A stretch of DNA of 33,620 nucleotides from a virus (lineage: Duplodnaviria; Caudoviricetes), in IMG/VR virus record IMGVR_UViG_3300030376_001467, positions 1 through 33,620 of that record; one strand, 5' to 3'. This document shows positions 1 through 7,441 of this stretch, piece after piece; the first letter of the stretch is position 1, and each line of letters begins with the position of its first letter. Made by a program: the position numbers and the translations under genes. The notes under the pieces are model-generated. The model did not search any database. It was not told the origin of the DNA and saw only the letters and a program-made list of their open reading frames with translations.

Positions 1-27
1 TCACTATAGACGAAAAAGAATACATGC
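1..27 (+). repeat. Imperfect terminal direct repeat with 33594-33620 (24/27 identical)
   Basis: tcactatagacgaaaaagaatacatgc versus tcactatagacgatacagaatatatgc; same reading frame. Confidence 0.85.
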
Positions 28-233
28 TTGAAGATATGTCAGAGGTAGGCCAACGCCTGGTTCAACATACAGCAGACCTAGATAGAAAGATTGCTAATCT
101 AGCATTTCAATTAGAGCAAATGCAAATGGGTCGAGAGAATGTAATGTCTAAACTGCAAGCAGAAATAAAAGTTAAAAAAGAAAGCGAGGATGTAATGCCT
201 GTTAAGGAGCCAAAGCCTAAAGATGGTGAATAA
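1..233 (+). CDS. Small coiled-coil protein downstream of the tail fibre; 5' part probably begins at 33566 (MTDKKTKTPVTID-x-x-EYMLEDM...)
   Basis: Frame is open from position 3 (TIDEKEYMLEDMSEVG...) and matches the translation of the terminal ORF at 33566. Confidence 0.7.
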   Translation, partial: TIDEKEYMLEDMSEVGQRLVQHTADLDRKIANLAFQLEQMQMGRENVMSKLQAEIKVKKESEDVMPVKEPKPKDGE

Positions 234-786
234 TATTTTTAAATATATAGCATTTATATTTTTAGTAATGGGTTCAGCGTTATACGCTGAGCCTATTGTT
301 ACAGATTCAACTACTAAATCTACAGTAGATTCTACTTCAGTATCTACAACAACTGTTAACTCCCCACCTCCATCTGCTATGTCACCTAGTATTAACTCAT
401 CTAACTCCGATCTATGTACAGTAGGTGTTAGTGGTGCAGTACAAACACAGATACTAGGTATATCAATAGGTAAGACAGTAAGAGATATGAATTGTGAAAG
501 ATTAAAAAATGCAAAGACATTGTTTGACATGGGAATGAAGGTTGGAGCGGTAGCTGTTCTTTGCTCTGACATTCGGATTCACGAAGCAATGCTTCACGCA
601 GGTACACCATGTCCATACGATGGGCGTATAGGTCAAGCAGCTAAAGAAGCTTGGTCTAATAATCCACAAGATGTCCCGGGCTTTGTGTCTGGTAAAAAGG
701 AAGAATGGAATGAAGATACTAAAAGCACAGCCACAGGTGTTGGTGTTATTGGTGGCTTGTTGCTTGCCCTCTTACTCGCTATCTGA
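223..786 (+). CDS. Exported Cys-containing protein with Ser/Thr-rich N-region and C-terminal membrane anchor
   Basis: Signal peptide (..GSALYA|EP), SPPPSAMSPS, DLC...NCERL...LC...GTPCP, C-terminal GVGVIGGLLLALLLAI. Confidence 0.75.
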   Translation: MVNNIFKYIAFIFLVMGSALYAEPIVTDSTTKSTVDSTSVSTTTVNSPPPSAMSPSINSSNSDLCTVGVSGAVQTQILGISIGKTVRDMNCERLKNAKTLFDMGMKVGAVAVLCSDIRIHEAMLHAGTPCPYDGRIGQAAKEAWSNNPQDVPGFVSGKKEEWNEDTKSTATGVGVIGGLLLALLLAI

Positions 787-1591
787 GGTAGTAACTGGTA
801 GAACTAATAACGTTGCTAAAGATAATTTTGTCTGGGATATGACAAAGTTTTTACCACCACAAGCTGGGCTTACAGTCGAAGGTATCTTTCATCAGTATAC
901 AATTACAAAAGAAACACAAGCAAACTCAACAGTATCTATTACTAACAAACATTTAAAAGCAGACGGTAATATATACGAACGACATGACAATTGGAATAAC
1001 CTACCTAGCAATACAAAGATTGGATACGATACTATATCTTCTTTAGGTGTATTGTGGGGTCAAGGTAAGGTAGAATTAGCAGGGGATGGGAAGTTAAGTG
1101 ATGTTACTATAGCTTACCAGTATAAGTTTGATCCTTGCTTTATTCCTTTATCTGATCCCACTTGTCCTAATTTTAAGGATGCCCTCTATCAATATCTTTT
1201 AGATAATAATTTAATTAATAATGAACCAAGCGTAGATGATCCTTATTACGATGAGTGGGTACAATATCAACTAGAAAATCAACAAGAAAAAAAAGAAGAA
1301 GAGTTTGCTGAAGTAGAAGAAGAGGAAGAAGAAGAGTTAAGTATTGAAACAATATTATCTGTGTCAGGTGCAGCAGAGAAAATTGCAAACGCAACACAAC
1401 AACTAGCTATGATGCAAGAGATGGCAGGTATTAAAAAATTAGATGGGTATTATAGTGCGTCTATAGATGGTGGTGTGTATGAAGAAACAATAGTACTAGA
1501 AGATAAAGAGATGAAAGATAATTTAATAGCATTAAAAAATTTAAGACAAGACAAGACTCATAGAATTATAGTACGTTCACAATATAAATAG
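710..1591 (+). CDS. Exported protein, beta-rich N-domain + DPC..DPTCP + acidic linker (adhesin/tip-like)
   Basis: Probable start ATG 710 gives signal peptide MKILKAQPQVLVLLVACCLPSYSLS; poly-Glu tract; function inferred. Confidence 0.6.
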   Translation: MKILKAQPQVLVLLVACCLPSYSLSEVVTGRTNNVAKDNFVWDMTKFLPPQAGLTVEGIFHQYTITKETQANSTVSITNKHLKADGNIYERHDNWNNLPSNTKIGYDTISSLGVLWGQGKVELAGDGKLSDVTIAYQYKFDPCFIPLSDPTCPNFKDALYQYLLDNNLINNEPSVDDPYYDEWVQYQLENQQEKKEEEFAEVEEEEEEELSIETILSVSGAAEKIANATQQLAMMQEMAGIKKLDGYYSASIDGGVYEETIVLEDKEMKDNLIALKNLRQDKTHRIIVRSQYK

Positions 1592-1599
1592 GAGATAAC

Positions 1600-2094
1600 A
1601 TGAAACAAATAACTGCAATAATATTTTTATTATCTACAGGCACAGCTATGGCTGTTGACTCACCGATAGTAGGGCAAGTGCAGCCAAAGTGTAGCGTATA
1701 CACTGAAACTCAAGGTGTGTATGGTCATCCATTACCTAACAAGTTAAGCACTGAGACAGCAGACGGTGGTGTTGCAGCTAGTATTCGTTACGACATAGCT
1801 CAAGCAGACTACTACAAGGCTCGTATTACACACCCTAATAGTTTCTCATCTAGCCCTACATTAACTGATGCAATTGCATGGACAGGTAGCTCAGTTGTAG
1901 GTCAGGTAAGTGTAGCTGGTATGTCTGCTTATGAAGCAGCTAAGGTTACTTACAATAATGTAACAGAGTTTGATATGACACTTGCAGGAAGCACATGGTT
2001 TACTGTTAAGTCTTCGGCTAGTTATGGTTATACTAAATCATTACCTGCTGGAAACTATACAGCAATCATTAAAGCAGAATGTATAGCAAAGTAA
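1600..2094 (+). CDS. Putative fimbrial/pilin-like subunit (chaperone-usher type Ig-like fold)
   Basis: GGAG RBS; signal peptide (..TAMA|VD); N-terminal GQVQPKCSV and C-terminal LPAGNYTAIIKAEC resemble the G-x-V-x-x-x-C and AG-x-Y alternating last strand of CU pilins; about 146 aa mature. Confidence 0.6.
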   Translation: MKQITAIIFLLSTGTAMAVDSPIVGQVQPKCSVYTETQGVYGHPLPNKLSTETADGGVAASIRYDIAQADYYKARITHPNSFSSSPTLTDAIAWTGSSVVGQVSVAGMSAYEAAKVTYNNVTEFDMTLAGSTWFTVKSSASYGYTKSLPAGNYTAIIKAECIAK

Positions 2095-2456
2095 TTTTAT
2101 TTTTTTTGTGCTTAAGTCTCCAAGCACACGCACATGAAATGACTCCTACTTATCCTGCATTAGCTCCGTCTTATATAGATGGAGTTTCTGTAGCTAAGAT
2201 GAAGTTGTTTAACAGAAGAGAAGATGTTGGTTACTATCAGATACTAGTTTATACTGAAGATTGGTTGCCAATATCTTTTGCTTCTGAAGAAAAAATAATC
2301 AAGATAGGTTATAACAAAACAAAATCATTTAATGTTTATGTTCGTTCTGTTGACTTAAATAAGACAGTTTATATTTGTACTGTTTCAAAAGTTTTTAAAG
2401 GAACAAAGCAGATAGCATTAGTATCTTCAATGATTTGCTCAAAGATAAAACAATGA
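2079..2456 (+). CDS. Putative single-domain PapD-like periplasmic chaperone
   Basis: Signal peptide (..QAHA|HE); MTP..., MKLFN, YYQILVY..DW pattern like the N-terminal domain of fimbrial chaperones; Cys pair in last two strands. Confidence 0.5.
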   Translation: MYSKVILFFLCLSLQAHAHEMTPTYPALAPSYIDGVSVAKMKLFNRREDVGYYQILVYTEDWLPISFASEEKIIKIGYNKTKSFNVYVRSVDLNKTVYICTVSKVFKGTKQIALVSSMICSKIKQ

Positions 2457-2878
2457 AATTATTTTTATTTTTAATAATACTATTAGTATCAACAACGTTA
2501 TTATTATTTCTAGGTAGTTTAGGATATGCAGACTCAGCATCTAATTCTTTAAACTTATCATTACCTAATTCATCTACAGGTTATCAGTCAGATAAATTTA
2601 GAGCTGGTGAGTTAGATTGCTCTAACAGTATTGGCAGCGCAACTAACTTAGAGTTTGGAGTAACAGGTATTATACAAGGAAGAGATCCTCTTAGTGGAAA
2701 TGTAAGAACAGGTGATATAGGTGTGTATTCTAGAATAATAATTCCATTGGGAGGTAGGGCTAAGTCTAGGATTAATTGTAATAGATTGTATGAACTAGAA
2801 TTAAAGAAAAAATTATTAGAAGTTATGAAACTGGAAAGAGAAATCAATCAACTTAAAAGTTTATCATTTGAAAACTAG
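2453..2878 (+). CDS. Exported protein with Cys-flanked amphipathic beta-hairpin and C-terminal coiled coil
   Basis: ATGA overlap with upstream stop; signal peptide; LDC..NLEFGVTG..GVYSRIIIPLG..INCNRL; heptad tail. Confidence 0.65.
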   Translation: MKLFLFLIILLVSTTLLLFLGSLGYADSASNSLNLSLPNSSTGYQSDKFRAGELDCSNSIGSATNLEFGVTGIIQGRDPLSGNVRTGDIGVYSRIIIPLGGRAKSRINCNRLYELELKKKLLEVMKLEREINQLKSLSFEN

Positions 2879-2887
2879 GAGTGTGTT

Positions 2888-3445
2888 ATGGCCGAAGTAG
2901 AAATAGCAGGAGCAAAGATTAAAGGTGGCAAACTTATGTTGCTTGTCCCAATTGTTTCGGCACTTGGCGGTGGATTGTGGGGTGGCTTTGAGATTTATAA
3001 AGATTACATGGACATGAAGGGGATCATACAGAATATAAACATTAGTGCTATTAAATCTCAGAACACACTAATCCAAACAAAACTAGATAGTGCGTTGGAG
3101 TATAGTAAAGACATTAAGAATAATTTGCGTGATGATATACTAAAGCTAGAAGGTTACATAGATAAGATAGATAACAAGGTAGAGAAATCTTCTGATAGAA
3201 TTAAAGAAACACAAGCATCAATAGATTTAATGGTAGAGAATACACTAGATGAAATGAATCAACTAAACAAAGACGTTAACTTTTCGCTTAGAGAAATAGA
3301 ATCTTTGAACAGGGAAACAGAGAAAGATGTGCGAGATACAATGAGAGATACTGAGCAGCGCATTGATGATGGTATGAAGAAACTAGAAGATAGATTAAAC
3401 GAAAGATTACAGGAAGCATTAGATAACCCATTAGTAGGAAACTGA
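2888..3445 (+). CDS. Single-pass membrane protein with long coiled coil
   Basis: GGAG RBS; TM LMLLVPIVSALGGGLWGGF followed by about 140 aa of heptad-rich sequence. Confidence 0.75.
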   Translation: MAEVEIAGAKIKGGKLMLLVPIVSALGGGLWGGFEIYKDYMDMKGIIQNINISAIKSQNTLIQTKLDSALEYSKDIKNNLRDDILKLEGYIDKIDNKVEKSSDRIKETQASIDLMVENTLDEMNQLNKDVNFSLREIESLNRETEKDVRDTMRDTEQRIDDGMKKLEDRLNERLQEALDNPLVGN

Positions 3446-3446
3446 C

Positions 3447-3530
3447 ATGACTTGTAAATGTAAAGATAAATGTATATGCAAAGACTCATGCGCTTGTGTT
3501 GACAAGTGTATTTGTAAGGAAAGAAAGTGA
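3447..3530 (+). CDS. Metallothionein-like 27-aa peptide MTCKCKDKCICKDSCACVDKCICKERK (not in ORF track)
   Basis: AGGA upstream; ATG 1 nt after previous stop; GTGA overlap with next gene; four CxC motifs at 6-aa period. Confidence 0.75.
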   Translation: MTCKCKDKCICKDSCACVDKCICKERK

Positions 3531-4630
3531 CACCTAAACAACAAGCAGCACTTGATGCTATTGTTAAATACGGAAGCCAAGTTAAAGCTGCTAAAGCTTT
3601 AGGTATCAGTCGCTCTGCTTTAAGACATAGAATAAATTCAGCTAAAGCTTATCAAGAATCTGATGATGGTATTAAGTATGCCATGAATGAAACAGGTATG
3701 GCTAACATTAACTCTGTTCATTCTGGTTGGATAAAGACTGATGATGTTAGTTTATATTTTAGAAATGAAATAGATAAGATTGACACTAGTGACATAGCAG
3801 AATCAATACGAGATGTAATAAATGGGATTGTTCTGTGTGAGATTGTAAAGCCTCCTGAGGTGGTGGAAGATAACTTGCTTACCTTGTACCCTATCGCTGA
3901 CGCACACATAGGCATGAGAGCTGATGCTAGCGAGACTGGTGAGGAATATAATTCTGACATTGCAGTAGATAGAATTAAAACTGGAATGGCTAAATGTGTT
4001 GCTAGTTCACCACAATCTAAAGTTGCATTAGTATTAGATGTTGGTGATCTTACCCATGCTGATGATAACAATGCGCAAACTCCTAGAAGTAAACACCCAC
4101 TTGATGTCTCTGAAAGATTTTTTTATTCTCTAAGGTGCGCAATAACTGCGTTGGCTGCTGCAATTGATTGTGCGTTGCAGAAACATGAGCAAGTAATATG
4201 CAGAGTACTGCGTGGTAATCACAACGAGACTTCTTATTTGGCTGTGATGTTTGCAATCGCGGAGCGTTACAAGAATAATACTAGAGTGACCGTTGAACAA
4301 ACGTCTGCTGATTTCTTTGTGCATGAGTTTGGAAGTGTTATGATTGCCGCGCACCATGGAGATAAGGCTAAAGCAGATAGACTTGTGTTGCATATGGCTG
4401 ATGCTTGGCCTGAAATATGGGGTAGAACTAAGCATAGATTTTATTTTACTGGACACCTACACCACACAATGATGCGTGAGATAGGTGGTGTACTTGTTGA
4501 ACAGCTACGTGCAGTAACAGGTAAAGATTCCTATGCTTCTAGTCATGCATACAGTAGTCGATCACAGATGCAGGGGATTACATATCATAAAGAAGAAGGT
4601 GAAGTTAGTCGTGTAAAGGTTTGTTTATAA
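3527..4630 (+). CDS. HTH-fused calcineurin-like metallophosphoesterase
   Basis: N-terminal HTH (SQVKAAKALGISRSALRHRI); ADAHIG, GDLTH, GNHN, HHGD, GHLH motifs. Confidence 0.85.
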   Translation: MTPKQQAALDAIVKYGSQVKAAKALGISRSALRHRINSAKAYQESDDGIKYAMNETGMANINSVHSGWIKTDDVSLYFRNEIDKIDTSDIAESIRDVINGIVLCEIVKPPEVVEDNLLTLYPIADAHIGMRADASETGEEYNSDIAVDRIKTGMAKCVASSPQSKVALVLDVGDLTHADDNNAQTPRSKHPLDVSERFFYSLRCAITALAAAIDCALQKHEQVICRVLRGNHNETSYLAVMFAIAERYKNNTRVTVEQTSADFFVHEFGSVMIAAHHGDKAKADRLVLHMADAWPEIWGRTKHRFYFTGHLHHTMMREIGGVLVEQLRAVTGKDSYASSHAYSSRSQMQGITYHKEEGEVSRVKVCL

Positions 4631-4836
4631 TGTGGATTATGGCAATGATATACTGTGCTACATTTTCTAATGGTGATATGTGTAAAGGATGGGTGCCACC
4701 TATTGCAGAAACAACACAAGAAAGATGTGAGCAAAATATTAAGAGAGCAGTCTATGCTATGGCTAATGCTATAGATGATAGGAATGGTAAATTATTTTAT
4801 ATTGATTGCCAGTGTATCAACGTTAAACATCAATAG
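4630..4836 (+). CDS. Small Cys-rich, probably exported protein
   Basis: TAATG coupling at 4628-4632; hydrophobic N-terminus; 5 Cys in 68 aa. Confidence 0.6.
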   Translation: MWIMAMIYCATFSNGDMCKGWVPPIAETTQERCEQNIKRAVYAMANAIDDRNGKLFYIDCQCINVKHQ

Positions 4837-5026
4837 AATTTTTTCTTATTCTTTCTAGCTCATCATTTAATATAATAACTGTAGTGCATAAGTCACTAAC
4901 TTCTTGTGCTAATTGCACTAAGAACTTGTCACTTGTTATTACTCTATCATATGGGAAACCATTCTTAGGGATGTTAGCTTTATCCATACGCTTGAGAAAC
5001 TTTACGATTGTTAGTTCTGTCATCAC
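4823..5026 (-). CDS. Hypothetical protein (last gene of early arm)
   Basis: GTGA overlap with upstream stop; C-terminal coiled coil. Confidence 0.6.
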   Translation of the reverse strand: MMTELTIVKFLKRMDKANIPKNGFPYDRVITSDKFLVQLAQEVSDLCTTVIILNDELERIRKNSIDV

Positions 5027-5361
5027 TTTACTTCATATAAAACATATCTATTTTTATTTAAATTAGGTAATCTTTTAATTCTATTTTGCTTTGTTAATTT
5101 ATGTATAATATTTTTTGCACCTTCAATACTTTTAAAATCCATAAAATTTTGCAACTCAAATACTGTTAATGGACCAAACTCTTTTATAATATCATATGCT
5201 TCTTTTCTCCTACCTTCAAACCTTTTATTTTGTGCTTGATAAGCATTGAGCTGAGGTAGTTTAGGTTGCTGACCCATAGCAATAGCTGATGCTTTCAATA
5301 GTTTACCATAAAGTATCTCTTGTTCTTCTGTTATTTTAAACTTCTGTACTGTTGCTTTCAT
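5023..5361 (-). CDS. Winged-helix DNA-binding protein (candidate transcription regulator)
   Basis: C-terminal GPLTVFELQNFM..GAKNIIHKLTKQNRIKR wHTH pattern; probable start ATG 5361. Confidence 0.6.
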   Translation of the reverse strand: MKATVQKFKITEEQEILYGKLLKASAIAMGQQPKLPQLNAYQAQNKRFEGRRKEAYDIIKEFGPLTVFELQNFMDFKSIEGAKNIIHKLTKQNRIKRLPNLNKNRYVLYEVK

Positions 5362-5677
5362 TATCTTGCTCCATAAAATTTTTAAATTGATCGCCACTCA
5401 TAATAACTAGGGTTTGAGGATTGCCCGTTTTCCTTTTATAAAAGGCGATGTCTCTACCTTCTAACACTTTGAATGGACTAGGAAAGTTTGACTTGTCTCT
5501 ATACTTTACTTCTCCCACCAGTTTTCTTCCTCCGACTTCGAGGTGGATGTCTCCTGAGTATTCACCTCCGAGCGCACCACTGAGCGGTACTCTCTTGGCT
5601 TGGATACCGATTTCTGTAAGCCATTTGACGAACCAGTTTTCGTGGTAAGTTCCTTTAAGTTTATTTCTGTTTGCCAT
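5336..5677 (-). CDS. Hjc-type (PD-(D/E)xK) Holliday junction resolvase
   Basis: KGTYHE, RVPLSGA, GDI, EVK motifs. Confidence 0.85.
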   Translation of the reverse strand: MANRNKLKGTYHENWFVKWLTEIGIQAKRVPLSGALGGEYSGDIHLEVGGRKLVGEVKYRDKSNFPSPFKVLEGRDIAFYKRKTGNPQTLVIMSGDQFKNFMEQDNESNSTEV

Positions 5678-5835
5678 GTATCCCTTTCATAACAACTTAA
5701 ACATATAATGTAATGTGTTGTTGGTTCTATTGATGCAAGTATAGCAACGAATAAATCAGAATCAATTCCACACGCCTCACATACTGCTGACTGTTGCCTC
5801 AGTTTCTTTGAAGTTGATCGTGATCTCACAGCCAA
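5506..5835 (-). CDS. Putative zinc-finger protein overlapping the resolvase
   Basis: CEAC...CLSC fills the gap between the XRE gene and resolvase; start uncertain (TTG/GTG). Confidence 0.55.
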   Translation of the reverse strand: MAVRSRSTSKKLRQQSAVCEACGIDSDLFVAILASIEPTTHYIICLSCYERDTWQTEINLKELTTKTGSSNGLQKSVSKPREYRSVVRSEVNTQETSTSKSEEENWWEK

Positions 5836-6058
5836 GAGCGTCTAGCCAACAGGTAAACAAGAAACCCGAAGGCACTCGCTTATGTTGTTCCCATTTATGA
5901 ACCAATGATGAAGCGCATCCAATCCTATCTGCAAGTTCTTCTTGAGATATTCCGAGTTCGTTCCTGTAACATACCATTGCATCAATAAGGTTTGCGTAAG
6001 ACCCTGTAACATACGTCTGTTCCTTATAGTTTGGAAATGTTTTTGTCTTTAAGTTCAC
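5777..6058 (-). CDS. XRE-family HTH regulator
   Basis: RNELGISQEELADRIGCASSLVHKWEQHKRVP. Confidence 0.85.
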   Translation of the reverse strand: MNLKTKTFPNYKEQTYVTGSYANLIDAMVCYRNELGISQEELADRIGCASSLVHKWEQHKRVPSGFLFTCWLDALGCEITINFKETEATVSSM

Positions 6059-6326
6059 TTGCTAATGCCAAATATCCAATACAATCTACTATCGAATCTT
6101 CCTTGTAACCACCGCTTTTAATTCTAGCCATCTTCATTTCGGCTAACATAAATGGTACTTGCCACAATTCTATCTTACATTGCAAGACTTCTTCCCAATT
6201 TTTTCTTATTAACTCCATGTTCTTTTGAGGATCTCCATACTGATTGTTCCTATCTTTACTTATTAATTCATTGGCTTCGTGTAATACTTTGTCTCTGCGT
6301 GACATAAAAATTGGATCAGCTTGCAT
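6024..6326 (-). CDS. DUF6378-like phage protein
   Basis: L.EA..LI..DR...YGDP..N......W...K.AR......DS.VD..GY.AL pattern. Confidence 0.8.
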   Translation of the reverse strand: MQADPIFMSRRDKVLHEANELISKDRNNQYGDPQKNMELIRKNWEEVLQCKIELWQVPFMLAEMKMARIKSGGYKEDSIVDCIGYLALASELKDKNISKL

Positions 6327-6483
6327 TATTATCTTCCTTTAAACTTTGTTCTAATAAAATTAATAAAGCTAGCAACTCATCGCCTCTGTTCCTAACTCCC
6401 GCCCTGTTTTTTTTAAGAGCATCTAACTGTATTATACTAGTTACTCTTTTAAGTCTGTCAATTATTTGTTGCGGTGTAGTCAT
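6316..6483 (-). CDS. Hypothetical 55-aa helical protein MTTPQQIIDRLKRV...EDNNAS (not in ORF track)
   Basis: ATGA overlap with upstream stop, fills the gap exactly and overlaps next start. Confidence 0.65.
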   Translation of the reverse strand: MTTPQQIIDRLKRVTSIIQLDALKKNRAGVRNRGDELLALLILLEQSLKEDNNAS

Positions 6484-6761
6484 CTAAATTTATCCGCAAT
6501 AAAAAAGTCTAAGAAACTTTCAGTGTGAGTAGGTTTTCGTTCAGCTTCTAAGGCTTGATCTATTTTATCTGTTACTTCTTCGTAATAATGATTTATATAC
6601 ATTTCATGAGGAGTAGGTTGCAGTTTTAGTTTATACAAAACATAACGCAATTGTCTGTCAGTTAGTTTTAATTTTTTAGCTATCTCTTTGTTACTTGCTT
6701 TAGTTTCAAATGCTAAATGATGCGCTTGTTCTATTAGTTTATTTGGGTATTTCTTTTTCAT
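6480..6761 (-). CDS. HTH DNA-binding protein
   Basis: GGAGG RBS; SNKEIAKKLKLTDRQLRYVL. Confidence 0.7.
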   Translation of the reverse strand: MKKKYPNKLIEQAHHLAFETKASNKEIAKKLKLTDRQLRYVLYKLKLQPTPHEMYINHYYEEVTDKIDQALEAERKPTHTESFLDFFIADKFR

Positions 6762-6778
6762 TATTTCCTCCGTTAGTG

Positions 6779-6812
6779 TGTGGGTTTTTAAGTAGCTACT
6801 TAATTACCCACA
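6779..6812. promoter_or_regulatory. Intergenic inverted repeat with perfect 14-bp palindrome TAAGTAGCTACTTA
   Basis: TGTGGGT (6779-6785)/ACCCACA (6806-6812) enclosing palindrome 6789-6802. Confidence 0.5.
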
Positions 6813-6852
6813 GCTTGTGGTCTATTTAATCCGATTAATTAACACACAACAA

Positions 6853-7242
6853 TTAGAATGGTATATCTTCATCCAACTCTTGTGGTGTATTAAGTTTTTG
6901 TGATGATAAGTTTGTATTTTTTTCTTGGATACTAAGAGTTATATATTTTTTACCATCTTTATTTTTCTTCCAACCTGACACACGCATATCTTTATTAGTA
7001 GCATAGTCATCAATGTTACCGCTGTAATCAGGTTTGTTTTCATTGTCACCTTTATCATTGTTAAACATAGCTCCAACCTTTTGATACAGTTTCATTATGT
7101 TCTGACCTGCTTGGGTTTTATCAGTAACAATAATAAAATCTCTGTCATTACCTTCTAAATTTACCGGGCCTTGAAGTATCATCTTCATATCATCCCTTGG
7201 TTTAAATACTGCTCCGCTATTTGTGTTATCATATTCAGTCAT
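6853..7242 (-). CDS. Single-stranded DNA-binding protein (DUF736-like)
   Basis: PDYSG, W.K...GKKYITLSI, acidic SSB tail LDEDIPF; located after exonuclease/annealase. Confidence 0.75.
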   Translation of the reverse strand: MTEYDNTNSGAVFKPRDDMKMILQGPVNLEGNDRDFIIVTDKTQAGQNIMKLYQKVGAMFNNDKGDNENKPDYSGNIDDYATNKDMRVSGWKKNKDGKKYITLSIQEKNTNLSSQKLNTPQELDEDIPF

Positions 7243-7441
7243 TGCTTACTCCTTGTTGTTGTGCTGAAAACATTTGTCTTAGTGCCGCTCGGATTATCAT
7301 ACCTTTAGACTCTCCGATAGCGTCTGCTTGTGCTTGTACTGCGTCAAGCATTGCTTGCGGTAGAGATAAATTAATCGCTACCATTTTCTTATTGTCTGCT
7401 TGAGGTCTACCAACCTGCGTAATTTTATTAGAAGAAATCAT
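7235..7441 (-). CDS. Ribbon-helix-helix (Arc/CopG-like) regulator
   Basis: GRP...VAINLSLPQAMLDAV...A...GESKGMIIRAAL; probable start ATG 7441. Confidence 0.75.
   Translation of the reverse strand: MISSNKITQVGRPQADNKKMVAINLSLPQAMLDAVQAQADAIGESKGMIIRAALRQMFSAQQQGVSND

Noticed and set aside
1-12. T7 promoter-like TCACTATAG
   Set aside because: Upstream context (33586-33593) does not match TAATACGAC, it lies in a coding frame, and no phage RNA polymerase is present
2888-3445. Methyl-accepting chemotaxis protein
   Set aside because: Only generic TM + coiled coil; the conserved MCP signalling hairpin (LLALNA.IEAARAGE.G.GF) is absent
111-4456. Minus-strand ORFs opposite the exported operon and phosphoesterase (e.g. 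111-572, 2584-2847, 3718-4071, 4130-4456)
   Set aside because: Shadow ORFs antisense to coupled plus-strand genes with clear motifs
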